Assembly: GCA_014763705.1 (NCBI GenBank)
Contig: JACXUW010000001.1
Span: forward strand, 1 to 37,413
Source of the DNA: Micrococcales bacterium
GTDB lineage: Bacteria; Actinomycetota; Actinomycetes; Actinomycetales; Dermatophilaceae
Direction of reading: 5' to 3'
Length of the DNA stretch: 37,413 bases
Shown: positions 18,456 through 27,564 of the stretch, in pieces
Layout of the letters: each line of letters begins with the position of its first letter
Numbering within the stretch: position 1 is the first letter of the stretch
Notes under the pieces: generated by a model
What the model was told of the DNA's origin: nothing
What the model saw: the letters and a program-made list of their open reading frames with translations, nothing else
The model's database searches: none
Translations under genes and position numbers: made by a program

Positions 18456-18797
18456 ATGGTGAGAGTGCCGACGGAGGCCCTCGAGGACGTCGCCCGACGC
18501 TTCGCGTTGCTGGGCGACCCGACCCGGCTGCGCGTGCTGCGTGAGCTCCACCAGGCCGGGGAGTCCACCGTCTCGGCCCTCGCCGAGGCCGCCGACGTGT
18601 CGGTCGCCAACGCCTCCCAGCACCTCGGTCGACTCGCCCTCGGAGGGGTGGTCGGGCGCCGACGCGTCGGACGCACGGTCGTCTACCGCATCACCGAGCC
18701 CGCGATCGACCAGCTCTGCGCCATCGTGTGCGCCAGTCTGTCGATCGAGATCGAAAGTGCTTCCGCCGCAGATGAATCCGCGGCCGACGTGAGCTGA
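18456..18797 (+). CDS. ArsR/SmtB family repressor with C-terminal CxxxC
   Basis: FALLGDPTRLRVL, NASQHL, RRRVGRTVVYRI, QLCAIVC; TAGGGT -10 box 7 nt before ATG (leaderless). Confidence 0.93.
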   Translation: MVRVPTEALEDVARRFALLGDPTRLRVLRELHQAGESTVSALAEAADVSVANASQHLGRLALGGVVGRRRVGRTVVYRITEPAIDQLCAIVCASLSIEIESASAADESAADVS

Positions 18798-18807
18798 TGG
18801 AGGCCGC

Positions 18808-20373
18808 ATGACGTCCGTGAACCTGCCCACGCCGAGGGTCCGTTCGGAGAACGACGGGCCCTCGCCGCGCATGGTCAAGGTGATCGACCAGACCAAGTGC
18901 ATCGGCTGCCACGCCTGCACGACTGCGTGCAAGTCGGAGAACGACGTCCCGGTGGGGGTCACCCGCACGTACGTCAAGAGCGTGGACGTGGGCACCTACC
19001 CGCAGGCCCGGCGAGCCTTCCAGGTGACCCGCTGCAACCAGTGCGTCGACGCCCCGTGCGTGGCCGCCTGCCCGACCTCGGCGATGCACATCCGGCCCGA
19101 CGGCATCGTCGACTTCGACAAGGCCTCGTGCATCGGGTGCAAGGCGTGCATGGCGGCCTGCCCCTACGACGCGATCTTCATCAACCCCGACGACCACTGC
19201 GCGGAGAAGTGCAACTTCTGCGCGCACCGCCTCGACGTCGGCCTCGAGCCGGCGTGCGTCACGGTCTGTCCGACGGGGGCGATCATGGTGGGCGACGTGA
19301 ACGACCCGGACAGCGCGGTGGCGCAGGTGGTCAACCGCCAGCCGGTCGCGGTCCGTCGTCCGGAGAAGGGGACCCGGCCCAAGCTCTTCTACCGCGGCGC
19401 CACCCAGGCCACGCTCGACCCCCTCGCCGCCACCGCTCCGGAGGGGGACACCTACGCCTGGGCGGAGAAGCCGCGGGGGGCACACCTGGTCGACCCCGGC
19501 AACCCCGAGGGGAGCACCTCGAGCGCCGCCGCCATCCTCAGCTACGACATCGCCCACACGGCGCCGTGGGACTGGCGGGTCAGCCTGTACACGTGGACCA
19601 AGGGCATCGGGGCCGGCGCCTGGCTGGTCGGCCTGCTCCTCGTGCTCACCGGGAACCTCGGGTCCGAGGACGTCCTGTGGACCTGGGTCGCCCCGGTGGT
19701 CTCGGCGGTCTTCCTCGCCGTCACCGCCGTCGTCCTCGTGTGGGACCTCGAGCACCCCGAGCGCTTCCTCTTCATCCTCACCCGCCCGCAGTGGCGCTCG
19801 TGGCTCGTGCGTGGCGGGGTCATCCTCAGCGGCTTCGCGGTCGTCCTCGCGCTGCACGTGGCGGCGAGCCTGTTCGGTTGGGGCGGCCTGCGCACCGCGG
19901 TCGCCTGGCCCGGGCTGCCGCTCGCGGTCGGCACGGCCGTGTACACCGCCTACCTCTTCGCCCAGGCCAAGGCCCGCGACCTGTGGCAGAGCCCGCTGCT
20001 CGCGCCGCACCTCGCCGTGCAGGCCGTCCTGGCCGGATCGGCGAGCCTCCTGCCCTTCGCCGTCTGGACCTCCCCGGACGCGGTGGCCCCCCTCGCCTGG
20101 ACCGTCGCCGGCTCGGCGGCCGTGCACCTGCTGCTCGTCGCCGGTGAGACGACGGTGGCCCACCCGACCGCCCACGCCCGGCTCGCGGCGCACACGATGA
20201 CGCACGGGCGGTACGCGCGCTTCTTCTGGTCGGGCGTCGTCCTCGTGGCCCTCGGTCTCGTCGCTCCGCTGGCCGTGCCCGCCACGGCCTGGTTCGCCCT
20301 CCCGGCCCTGCTCGGGCTGCTCGCCCACGAGCACGCGTACGTCCAGTCCGGCCAGTCCGTCCCGCTCGCCTGA
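18808..20373 (+). CDS. fused four-cluster 4Fe-4S protein (DmsB/PsrB-like) and NrfD/PsrC membrane anchor
   Basis: CIGCHACTTAC, CNQCVDAPCVAAC, CIGCKACMAAC, KCNFC...CVTVC; then PWDWRVSLY, DLEHPERF, SWLVRG and about 8 TM helices. Confidence 0.93.
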   Translation: MTSVNLPTPRVRSENDGPSPRMVKVIDQTKCIGCHACTTACKSENDVPVGVTRTYVKSVDVGTYPQARRAFQVTRCNQCVDAPCVAACPTSAMHIRPDGIVDFDKASCIGCKACMAACPYDAIFINPDDHCAEKCNFCAHRLDVGLEPACVTVCPTGAIMVGDVNDPDSAVAQVVNRQPVAVRRPEKGTRPKLFYRGATQATLDPLAATAPEGDTYAWAEKPRGAHLVDPGNPEGSTSSAAAILSYDIAHTAPWDWRVSLYTWTKGIGAGAWLVGLLLVLTGNLGSEDVLWTWVAPVVSAVFLAVTAVVLVWDLEHPERFLFILTRPQWRSWLVRGGVILSGFAVVLALHVAASLFGWGGLRTAVAWPGLPLAVGTAVYTAYLFAQAKARDLWQSPLLAPHLAVQAVLAGSASLLPFAVWTSPDAVAPLAWTVAGSAAVHLLLVAGETTVAHPTAHARLAAHTMTHGRYARFFWSGVVLVALGLVAPLAVPATAWFALPALLGLLAHEHAYVQSGQSVPLA

Positions 20374-20382
20374 GGAGCACCG

Positions 20383-23319
20383 ATGACGACGACGAACGAC
20401 CGCACCCGCACCGAGCGCCTCGGTGAGCGGGTCAGCGCGGCGCGGGACGAGGTGACCGCCCGCGGTGAGACCTTCTACCCCGGACCGAGCCGGGTGCACC
20501 TCGCCGCCTTCCCGCCCAAGGAGCGGTGGGACGACTGGGTCGAGCTCGACTCGCGCGCCTGGCCCGATCGCGTGGAGAAGCGCTCGATGCTCGTCCCGAC
20601 GACCTGCTTCAACTGCGAGTCGGCGTGCGGCCTGCTGGCCTACGTCGACCCGGACACCCTCCAGGTCCGCAAGTTCGAGGGCAACCCGGAGCACCCCGGC
20701 TCGCGGGGACGGAACTGCGCGAAGGGTCCCGCGACGATCAACCAGGTCACCGACCCGGACCGCATCCTCCAGCCGATGCGCCGCGCCGGCGCCCGCGGCG
20801 AGGGCCGGTGGGAGCAGGTCGACTGGGACACCGCCCTCGACGACATCGCCGGCCGGATCCGGACCGCGATCACCGAGAACCGCCCCAACGCCGTCATGTA
20901 CCACGTCGGACGACCGGGCGAGGACGGCTTCACCGAGCGCGTCATGGCGTCATGGGGCGTCGACGGGCACAACTCGCACACCAACGTCTGCTCCAGCGGC
21001 GCACGGTCCGGCTACCACTACTGGACCGGCATCGACCGGCCCAGCCCCGACCACGCGAACGCCAAGGTCATCTTCCTCATCTCGAGCCACCTCGAGACCG
21101 GGCACTACTTCAACCCGCACGCGCAGCGCATCATGGAGGCCAAGCAGCGCGGAGCCAAGGTCGTCGTCGTCGACACCCGCCTGTCCAACACCGCGACCCA
21201 CGCCGACCACTGGATCTCCCCCTACCCCGGCTCCGAGGCGGCGATCAACCTCGCGATCGCCCACGGCCTCATCTCCTCCGGACGCTACGACCGTGAGTTC
21301 GTCCGCCGCTGGTGGAACTGGAAGGAGTACCTCCGGTCGGTCCACCCGGAGCAGCCGGAGACCTTCGAGGCGTTCGAGGAGGTCCTCTCGACGCTCTACG
21401 CCGAGTACACCCCCGAGTTCGCCGCGGCCGAGTCGGGCGTCGAGGCCGAGGTCATCCGCGAGATCACCGACCTCGTCGCCTCGGCCGGGAGCGCGCTCTC
21501 GACCCACAACTGGAGGTCCGCGGCGGCCGGCAACCTCGGCGGGTGGCAGGTGTCGCGGACGCTGTTCCTCGTCAGCGCACTCCTCGGCGCGGTCGCCACC
21601 CCGGGCGGGACCCACCTCAACGCGTGGAACAAGTTCGTCCCCAAGCCGATGCACGTCCCGGGCCACCCGCACCAGTGGAACGAGCTCACCTGGCCGCTGG
21701 AGTACCCCCTCGCGATGAACGAGCTGTCCTTCCTGCTGCCGCACATGATGCAGGAGGGCCGGGGGACGCTGGACGTGTACTTCACCCGCGTCTACAACCC
21801 GGTGTGGACCAACCCCGACGGCATGGTCTGGTCCGAGGTGCTGCGCGACGAGTCCCTCATCGGGCTGCACGTGGCGCTCACACCGACGTGGAACGAGACG
21901 GCCTACCTCGCCGACTACGTCCTGCCGATGGGCCTGGCGAGCGAGCGGCACGACCTGCACTCCTACGAGCAGTACGACGGGCAGTGGATCGGGTTCCGTC
22001 AGCCGGTCCTGCGGGCCGCGCGCGAGCGCCTCGGCGCACCGGTCTCCGACACCCGTCTCGCCAACCCGGGAGAGGTCTGGGAGGAGAACGAGTTCTGGAT
22101 GGAGCTGTCGTGGCGGATCGACCCCGACGGCGAGCTCGGCATCCGGAAGTTCTACGAGTCGCAGACCGAACCCGGCAAGCGCCTCTCGGTCGACGAGTAC
22201 TACCGGTGGATCTTCGAGAACTCGGTACCCGGCCTGCCGGAGAAGGCGTCCCAGGAGGGGCTGTCCCCGATGCAGTTCATGCGCCGGTACGGCGCGTTCG
22301 AGGTGAGCAGCCACGTTGGCCCCGTCTACGAGCAGCCGGTCGACCCTGCCCTGCTCGACGGCGCCGTGACGACCGACCTCGGGCGGGTCTACTCCCCCGC
22401 CCCGAAGCCCGTGGCCACCAACCTCGCCCCGACCGGCGCGCCGGTGCCCGACGCCGAGGGGCGCAACCCGGTCGGCGTCGACGTCGACGGTGAAGTGAAG
22501 CGCGGGTTCCCCACGCCCAGTGGGCTGCTCGAGTTCTACTCCTCCACGGTCGCCGACTGGGGATGGCCCGAGTACGCCGTGCCGACGTACATCAAGAGCC
22601 ACATCCACCGCGAGAACCTCGCCGCCGACCAGATGCCGCTCATCTCGACGTTCCGGCTCCCCACGCAGATCCACACCCGCAGCGCCAACGCGAAGTGGCT
22701 CAACGAGCTGGCCCAGACCAACCCGTTGTGGCTGCACCCCAGCGACGCCGACCGGATCGGGATCCGCGCGGGGCAGCTGGTCCGGGTGTCCACCGACATC
22801 GGGTACTTCGTCGTCAAGGCGTGGGTCACCGAGGGCATCCGCCCGGGCGTCGTGGCCTGCAGCCACCACATGGGCCGATGGGTCCCCCAGGAGCAGCCGG
22901 AGCGCCACGGCGGCCAGACGGCGGCCACGGTGGACCTCGCCCGCCGGGGCTCGACGTGGACGATGAAGCGCATCCACGGGGTCGGTCCGTACGACTCGAG
23001 CGACCCGGACACCGCCCGCATCTGGTGGACGGACGTCGGCGTGCACCAGAACATGACCTTCCCGGTCCACCCGGACCCCGTCTCCGGGATGCACTGCTGG
23101 CACCAGGCGGTGCGCGTGACCGCGGCGGAGCCGGGGGACTCGTACGGCGACATCAGCGTCGACACCGACCGCTCACGCGCGCTCTACCGCGAGTGGCTCG
23201 CGAAGACGCGCGATGCCCGCCGGGTGTCGCCCGACGGCACCCGTCGGCCGTACTGGCTCATGCGGCCGCTCAAGCCGGGCCCAGAGGTGTTCCGCCTTCC
23301 CGAGGAGAGCGACGGATGA
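20383..23319 (+). CDS. DMSO-reductase-family molybdopterin oxidoreductase catalytic subunit, Cys-ligated, no Tat signal
   Basis: TTCFNCESAC...NCAKG (FS0 cluster); HNSHTNVCSS putative Mo-ligand loop; ADYVLP; C-terminal LHPSDA...VTEGIRPG domain. Confidence 0.93.
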   Translation: MTTTNDRTRTERLGERVSAARDEVTARGETFYPGPSRVHLAAFPPKERWDDWVELDSRAWPDRVEKRSMLVPTTCFNCESACGLLAYVDPDTLQVRKFEGNPEHPGSRGRNCAKGPATINQVTDPDRILQPMRRAGARGEGRWEQVDWDTALDDIAGRIRTAITENRPNAVMYHVGRPGEDGFTERVMASWGVDGHNSHTNVCSSGARSGYHYWTGIDRPSPDHANAKVIFLISSHLETGHYFNPHAQRIMEAKQRGAKVVVVDTRLSNTATHADHWISPYPGSEAAINLAIAHGLISSGRYDREFVRRWWNWKEYLRSVHPEQPETFEAFEEVLSTLYAEYTPEFAAAESGVEAEVIREITDLVASAGSALSTHNWRSAAAGNLGGWQVSRTLFLVSALLGAVATPGGTHLNAWNKFVPKPMHVPGHPHQWNELTWPLEYPLAMNELSFLLPHMMQEGRGTLDVYFTRVYNPVWTNPDGMVWSEVLRDESLIGLHVALTPTWNETAYLADYVLPMGLASERHDLHSYEQYDGQWIGFRQPVLRAARERLGAPVSDTRLANPGEVWEENEFWMELSWRIDPDGELGIRKFYESQTEPGKRLSVDEYYRWIFENSVPGLPEKASQEGLSPMQFMRRYGAFEVSSHVGPVYEQPVDPALLDGAVTTDLGRVYSPAPKPVATNLAPTGAPVPDAEGRNPVGVDVDGEVKRGFPTPSGLLEFYSSTVADWGWPEYAVPTYIKSHIHRENLAADQMPLISTFRLPTQIHTRSANAKWLNELAQTNPLWLHPSDADRIGIRAGQLVRVSTDIGYFVVKAWVTEGIRPGVVACSHHMGRWVPQEQPERHGGQTAATVDLARRGSTWTMKRIHGVGPYDSSDPDTARIWWTDVGVHQNMTFPVHPDPVSGMHCWHQAVRVTAAEPGDSYGDISVDTDRSRALYREWLAKTRDARRVSPDGTRRPYWLMRPLKPGPEVFRLPEESDG

Positions 23320-24221
23320 GCCTCGAGGCGACGCCCCGCACGGAGACCGCCGAGGTGTTCCGCGCTCTCGGCGTGCTCTGCGAGGCGCCGCACCCCTCGC
23401 ACCGGCCCCTCGCCGCCGCACTCGAGCTCGGCGTCCCCCCGACGGCCGCGGAGCACACCCAGGTGTTCGCGCTCGGGACCGTTCCGTACGCCTCGGTCTA
23501 CCTGGGGGCCGAGGGGATGCTCGGGGGGGAGGCGGCCGACCGGGTCGCCGGCTTCTGGCGAGCGCTGCGCCTGGTACCCCCGGCGGAGTCCGACCACCTC
23601 GCCGCCCTCCTCGGGCTGCTGGCCTCGCTCACCGAGGCCCAGGCCGCCGAGCCCGACCCGGCCCGCGCGGCCCTGCGCGGCCGGGCGCGCGCCGTCCTCC
23701 TGCACGAGCACCTCCTGCCCTGGGTCCCGACCTTCGCCCGCGCGGTCGCCGCCTCCGGCTCCGCCTTCTACGCCGGGTGGGCGGCGCTGCTCGTCGAGGT
23801 CCTCGTGGCCGAGGGCACGTCCCTCGAGGCGCCGGAGACCCTGCCGGTCGCCCTCGCGGAGGCGCCCGGCCTCCCTGACGAGGTCGCGTCCCTCCGCGAG
23901 CTCGCCGAGGGGCTGCTCGCCCCGGTGCGCAGCGGGCTGGTCCTCACCCGTCCGGAGGTCGCGCGCGGTGCCCGTGACCTCGGACTCGGGTTGCGCATCG
24001 GTGAGCGCGCCTTCGTCCTCGCCTCGATGCTCGAGCAGGACCCCGTCGCGACCCTCGACTGGGTCGCCCACCGTGCGGACGCCTGGGCGGCGCACCACCT
24101 CCGCGACGCCGAGACCCTCGGGCCGACCGCCCGGTTCTGGGCGGCGCGGGCCACGACCACCGCCACGACCTGCCGCGCGCGGCGGGACGCCACCGAGGAG
24201 GCCCTCTCCGATGACCGCTGA
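23316..24221 (+). CDS. TorD/DmsD family molybdoenzyme maturation chaperone
   Basis: ATGA overlap with the Mo subunit; PYASVYL, ESDHLAA, HEHLLPW, FYAG motifs. Confidence 0.88.
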   Translation: MSLEATPRTETAEVFRALGVLCEAPHPSHRPLAAALELGVPPTAAEHTQVFALGTVPYASVYLGAEGMLGGEAADRVAGFWRALRLVPPAESDHLAALLGLLASLTEAQAAEPDPARAALRGRARAVLLHEHLLPWVPTFARAVAASGSAFYAGWAALLVEVLVAEGTSLEAPETLPVALAEAPGLPDEVASLRELAEGLLAPVRSGLVLTRPEVARGARDLGLGLRIGERAFVLASMLEQDPVATLDWVAHRADAWAAHHLRDAETLGPTARFWAARATTTATTCRARRDATEEALSDDR

Positions 24222-24783
24222 GCCCGTGACCACCGACCAGAGCGCGCTGACCGAGGACGACGTCCGTCGCATCGTCAAGGAGGAGCTGGGCACCGCCCTG
24301 CGCAAGGACACCGGGATGCGCACCGGCGCGATCGTCGCCTCCAAGGGCACCCTCGACTGGGCCTACCCACCCCTCATCCTCGCCAACGCCGCCGCGGCGG
24401 TCGGGATGCAGGTGTCGGTGTTCTTCACCTTCTACGGGCTGAACATCGTCCACAAGGAGTTCGAGCGCAAGCTCAAGGTCGACCCGGTCGGGAACCCGGC
24501 GATGCCGATGCCGGTGCCGATGCCCGACCTCGTGACGGCCATGCCGGGGATGGTCTCGGTCGCCTCGCGGATGATGAAGAAGAAGTTCGCGGACAAGAAG
24601 GTGTCCTCGATCGGCGAGCTCATCGAGACCGCCAGGGAGATGGACGTGCGGCTCATCGCCTGCCAGATGACCGTCGACGTCTTCGGCTACGAGCAGTCCG
24701 ACTTCCTCGACGGCGTGGAGTTCGGCGGCGCCGCCGCGTTCATGGCCGAGGCCCGCAAGTCCAACCTCACCCTCTTCGTCTGA
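24211..24783 (+). CDS. dsrE2: DsrE2-type (DrsE_2) sulfur-transfer protein
   Basis: SKGTLDWAYPPLILA, FFTFYGL, IACQMTVDVFG, GGAAAF; GAGGAGG RBS. Confidence 0.88.
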   Translation: MTAEPVTTDQSALTEDDVRRIVKEELGTALRKDTGMRTGAIVASKGTLDWAYPPLILANAAAAVGMQVSVFFTFYGLNIVHKEFERKLKVDPVGNPAMPMPVPMPDLVTAMPGMVSVASRMMKKKFADKKVSSIGELIETAREMDVRLIACQMTVDVFGYEQSDFLDGVEFGGAAAFMAEARKSNLTLFV

Positions 24784-24812
24784 CCCCGACACCCGACCCG
24801 AGGAGACACCCG

Positions 24813-25058
24813 ATGAGCGAGACCACGGAGGACGTCCTCGTCGACGCCCGCGAGCTCATGTGCCCGATGCCCGTCATGGCCGCGACCAAGGCCGCCCGCC
24901 GGATGGAGCCCGGCCAGATCCTCAAGGTCATGGCCACCGACAAGGGCGCGCTGAGCGACATCCCCGCCTGGGCCGAGGCCAACGGCCACGAGGTCGTGGA
25001 GCAGGAGACGGTCGGCACCGACCTCGTCTTCTTCATCCGCACCGGCACCCCGGACTGA
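24813..25058 (+). CDS. tusA: TusA family sulfur carrier
   Basis: VDARELMCPMP (CPxP), ATDKGALSDIPAWA; GAGGAG RBS. Confidence 0.92.
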   Translation: MSETTEDVLVDARELMCPMPVMAATKAARRMEPGQILKVMATDKGALSDIPAWAEANGHEVVEQETVGTDLVFFIRTGTPD

Positions 25059-25085
25059 CCCGCGCGCCCCACCGGCCCGGGTCTC

Positions 25086-25199
25086 TCACCCCGACAGGCC
25101 GGTGAGCGCCCCGAGGCCGACCACGGCGCCCGCGACAGACACGAGGATCACGACGACGACCATTGCGAGGTTGCCGGGAAGGGGCGAGTCGTCGCTCAC
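25086..25199 (-). CDS. putative 37-aa single-pass membrane peptide
   Basis: GGAGG upstream of GTG at 25199; MSDDSPLPGNLAMVVVVILVSVAGAVVGLGALTGLSG. Confidence 0.45.
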   Translation of the reverse strand: MSDDSPLPGNLAMVVVVILVSVAGAVVGLGALTGLSG

Positions 25200-25266
25200 C
25201 CGGTGATCCTCCCAGACCGGAGCAGGCACGCGATGGGCGAACCGGCGTGTGCGCCCGCGCGACTCA

Positions 25267-25533
25267 TCAGAGCGGGAGCACCCATCCCGTCCCGGACGGC
25301 ACCTCGTCCGGCACCGGGCGCCGCGGCCATCCGTCGAGGTCGACGAGGCGGCCGAGGGACGACGCCCACCGGGTGCCGCAGCGGGTGCAGGCGATGCTCG
25401 AGCGCCCGCCGGGCCCGGTCGGGCGCAGTGCCCGCGCGGAGCAGCTCGGGCAGACGCGCGGCCAGCCGGCCGCCGCGAGCTCGGCGCCACCGACGGACTC
25501 CGCCGTGCCTGACGTCGTCGTCATGGCCCCCAT
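25267..25533 (-). CDS. small zinc-ribbon hypothetical protein
   Basis: CPSC...CTRC pair followed by GTRW; start at 25533 or 25524. Confidence 0.5.
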   Translation of the reverse strand: MGAMTTTSGTAESVGGAELAAAGWPRVCPSCSARALRPTGPGGRSSIACTRCGTRWASSLGRLVDLDGWPRRPVPDEVPSGTGWVLPL

Positions 25534-25609
25534 GGAAGGGCCCCGGGTGCGGACCGCGCCAGTGACAGGTGTCCCGGGCCGCCGGGCGCACGCCCCGGTC
25601 CGCGTCGGC

Positions 25610-27511
25610 TCAGAAGTGCAGCTGCGCCCCGACGACGACCGTGCGGGCGATGGGCAGGTGGAAGTACTGCGTCGGGTCGGCGGCGTTGTGCGACATCGCG
25701 ACGTACACGTGCTTGCGCCACCGCGCCATGCCCGGCCGCGGGCTGGCGTGCACCGAGACCCGGGAGAGGAAGTACAGGGCCGTGTCCGGGTCGAAGGCGA
25801 GGTCGGGGCCCTGCGCCGCGAGGGAGAGCGCCGCCGGGATGTCCTGCTCGTCGGCGAAGCCGAAGTGGAGGCGGACGAGGCAGATGCCGTCCCACTGGTC
25901 GCCGAGGTCGTCGACGACGACCCGCTCCTCGTCCGGCACGTGCGGCACGTTCATCCGGATGGTGTTGGTGATGATGACGTTGCGGTGCAGCACCCGGTTG
26001 AAGTCGATGTTCTCGCGCAGCGACAGCGGCGTCGTGTCGTCGCTCGTGTGGAGGAACACGGCGGTGCCGGGCACGCGGTGCAGCTCCTCGGAGTGTGCGT
26101 CGTCGAGGAACTCGGCGAGCGGCCGCTCGACCTTGTACCGCCGCGCCTTGACCAGCCGCTGCCCCTTCGACCAGGTGAGCATGACGAACGCGATGAGCGT
26201 GGCCATGAGCACGGGCAGCCATCCCCCGTGGGTGACCTTCGTGGCGTTGGCGGCGACGAAGCTCAGCTCGACCCAGAGGAAGACCGCCCCGAAGGACCAC
26301 AGCCGCCAGCGGCCCCAGCCGAGCGCGGCGTCCGCGTACACGAGGAAGAGGCAGGTCGTCAGGGCCAGCGTGGCGGTGACCGCGAGCCCGTAGGCGACCG
26401 CCAGGTGCTCCGAGCTGCGGAAGGTGACCATGAGGACGAGCACCCCGGCGAACAGGACCCAGTTGACGGCCGGCACGTAGATCTGCCCGCCCTCGTGCTC
26501 CGAGGTCTGCCGGACGGTGAGGCGCGGCAGGAAGTCGAGCCGCTCGGCCTGCCGGGAGACCGAGAACGCGCCCGAGATGACCGCCTGGGAGGCGATGACG
26601 GTGGCGGCGGTCGCGAGGACGACGAGCGGGAGCGTCGCCCATCCCGGCGCGAGGTGGAAGAACGGGCGGTCGATCGTCGCAGGGTCCTTGACGACGAGCT
26701 CGGCCTGCCCGAGGTAGTTGAGCGTGAGGCTCGGGAAGACGAGCCAGAACCAGCCGGTCGCGATGGCCGGCCGGCCGAAGTGCCCCATGTCCGCGTACAG
26801 GGCCTCGGCACCGGTGATGGCGAGGACGACGGCGCCGAGGGCGAGGAAGCTGACGAGCGGGTGGGCGAGGGCGAACTGCACGGCGAGGTGCGGGCTGAGC
26901 GCGAGCAGCGCCTGCGGGTAGGCGAGCACGTGCGGCAGCCCGAGCGCCGCGAGGGTGAGGAACCAGACCACCATGACCGGCCCGAAGAACCGGCCGACCC
27001 GGTCGGTGCCGTGCCGCTGGACGACGAACAGCGCCGTGATGACGGCGACGCCGAGCGGGACCACCCACTGCTGCAGGCCCGGCTCGACGACCTCGAGGCC
27101 CTCGATCGCCGACATCACCGAGATGGCCGGCGTGATGAGCGAGTCACCGTAGAAGAGTGCGGCCCCGATGACGCCGAGGACCATGACGAGACGAAAACGC
27201 TTGCCGCCCGGGCGGACCGAGCGCCGGGCGAGGAAGGCGAGCGACAGCACGCCGCCCTCGCCGTCGTTGTCGGCGCGCAAGACGAAGAGGACGTACTTGA
27301 CCGAGACGACGAGGGTGATGGCCCAGACGACCGTCGAGACCACGCCGAGCGCGTTGTCGCGGGTCGGCTCGACGATGCCGTCGTCGAGGCTGAACACGGT
27401 CTGCATCGCGTAGAGCGGGCTGGTCCCGATGTCACCGAAGACGACCCCGAGCGCCCCCAGGACGAGGGCCCGCTTCGCGGTCGAGGGTCCGGCGGTCTGC
27501 GGTGCGTGCAC
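25610..27511 (-). CDS. kup: KUP/HAK/KT potassium transporter
   Basis: LGVVFGDIGTSPLY, ADNDGEGG, ITPAISVMSAIEG, GAEALYADMGHFG, GQIYVP; GTG start at 27511. Confidence 0.96.
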   Translation of the reverse strand: MHAPQTAGPSTAKRALVLGALGVVFGDIGTSPLYAMQTVFSLDDGIVEPTRDNALGVVSTVVWAITLVVSVKYVLFVLRADNDGEGGVLSLAFLARRSVRPGGKRFRLVMVLGVIGAALFYGDSLITPAISVMSAIEGLEVVEPGLQQWVVPLGVAVITALFVVQRHGTDRVGRFFGPVMVVWFLTLAALGLPHVLAYPQALLALSPHLAVQFALAHPLVSFLALGAVVLAITGAEALYADMGHFGRPAIATGWFWLVFPSLTLNYLGQAELVVKDPATIDRPFFHLAPGWATLPLVVLATAATVIASQAVISGAFSVSRQAERLDFLPRLTVRQTSEHEGGQIYVPAVNWVLFAGVLVLMVTFRSSEHLAVAYGLAVTATLALTTCLFLVYADAALGWGRWRLWSFGAVFLWVELSFVAANATKVTHGGWLPVLMATLIAFVMLTWSKGQRLVKARRYKVERPLAEFLDDAHSEELHRVPGTAVFLHTSDDTTPLSLRENIDFNRVLHRNVIITNTIRMNVPHVPDEERVVVDDLGDQWDGICLVRLHFGFADEQDIPAALSLAAQGPDLAFDPDTALYFLSRVSVHASPRPGMARWRKHVYVAMSHNAADPTQYFHLPIARTVVVGAQLHF

Positions 27512-27564
27512 GGTCGACCAGCGTAGGGGTGCCGCTGCCGGTCCCGCGCCCCGGCCCGCATGGG

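Noticed and set aside
20383-23319. Formate dehydrogenase or selenoprotein call
   Set aside because: The ligand loop NVCSS lacks the Cys/Sec-His pair of FDHs, there is no in-frame TGA, and the context is sulfur transfer.
24499-24546. ATGCCG repeats in dsrE2
   Set aside because: They encode a Pro/Met-rich segment (AMPMPVPMP) inside the protein; not a DNA repeat array.
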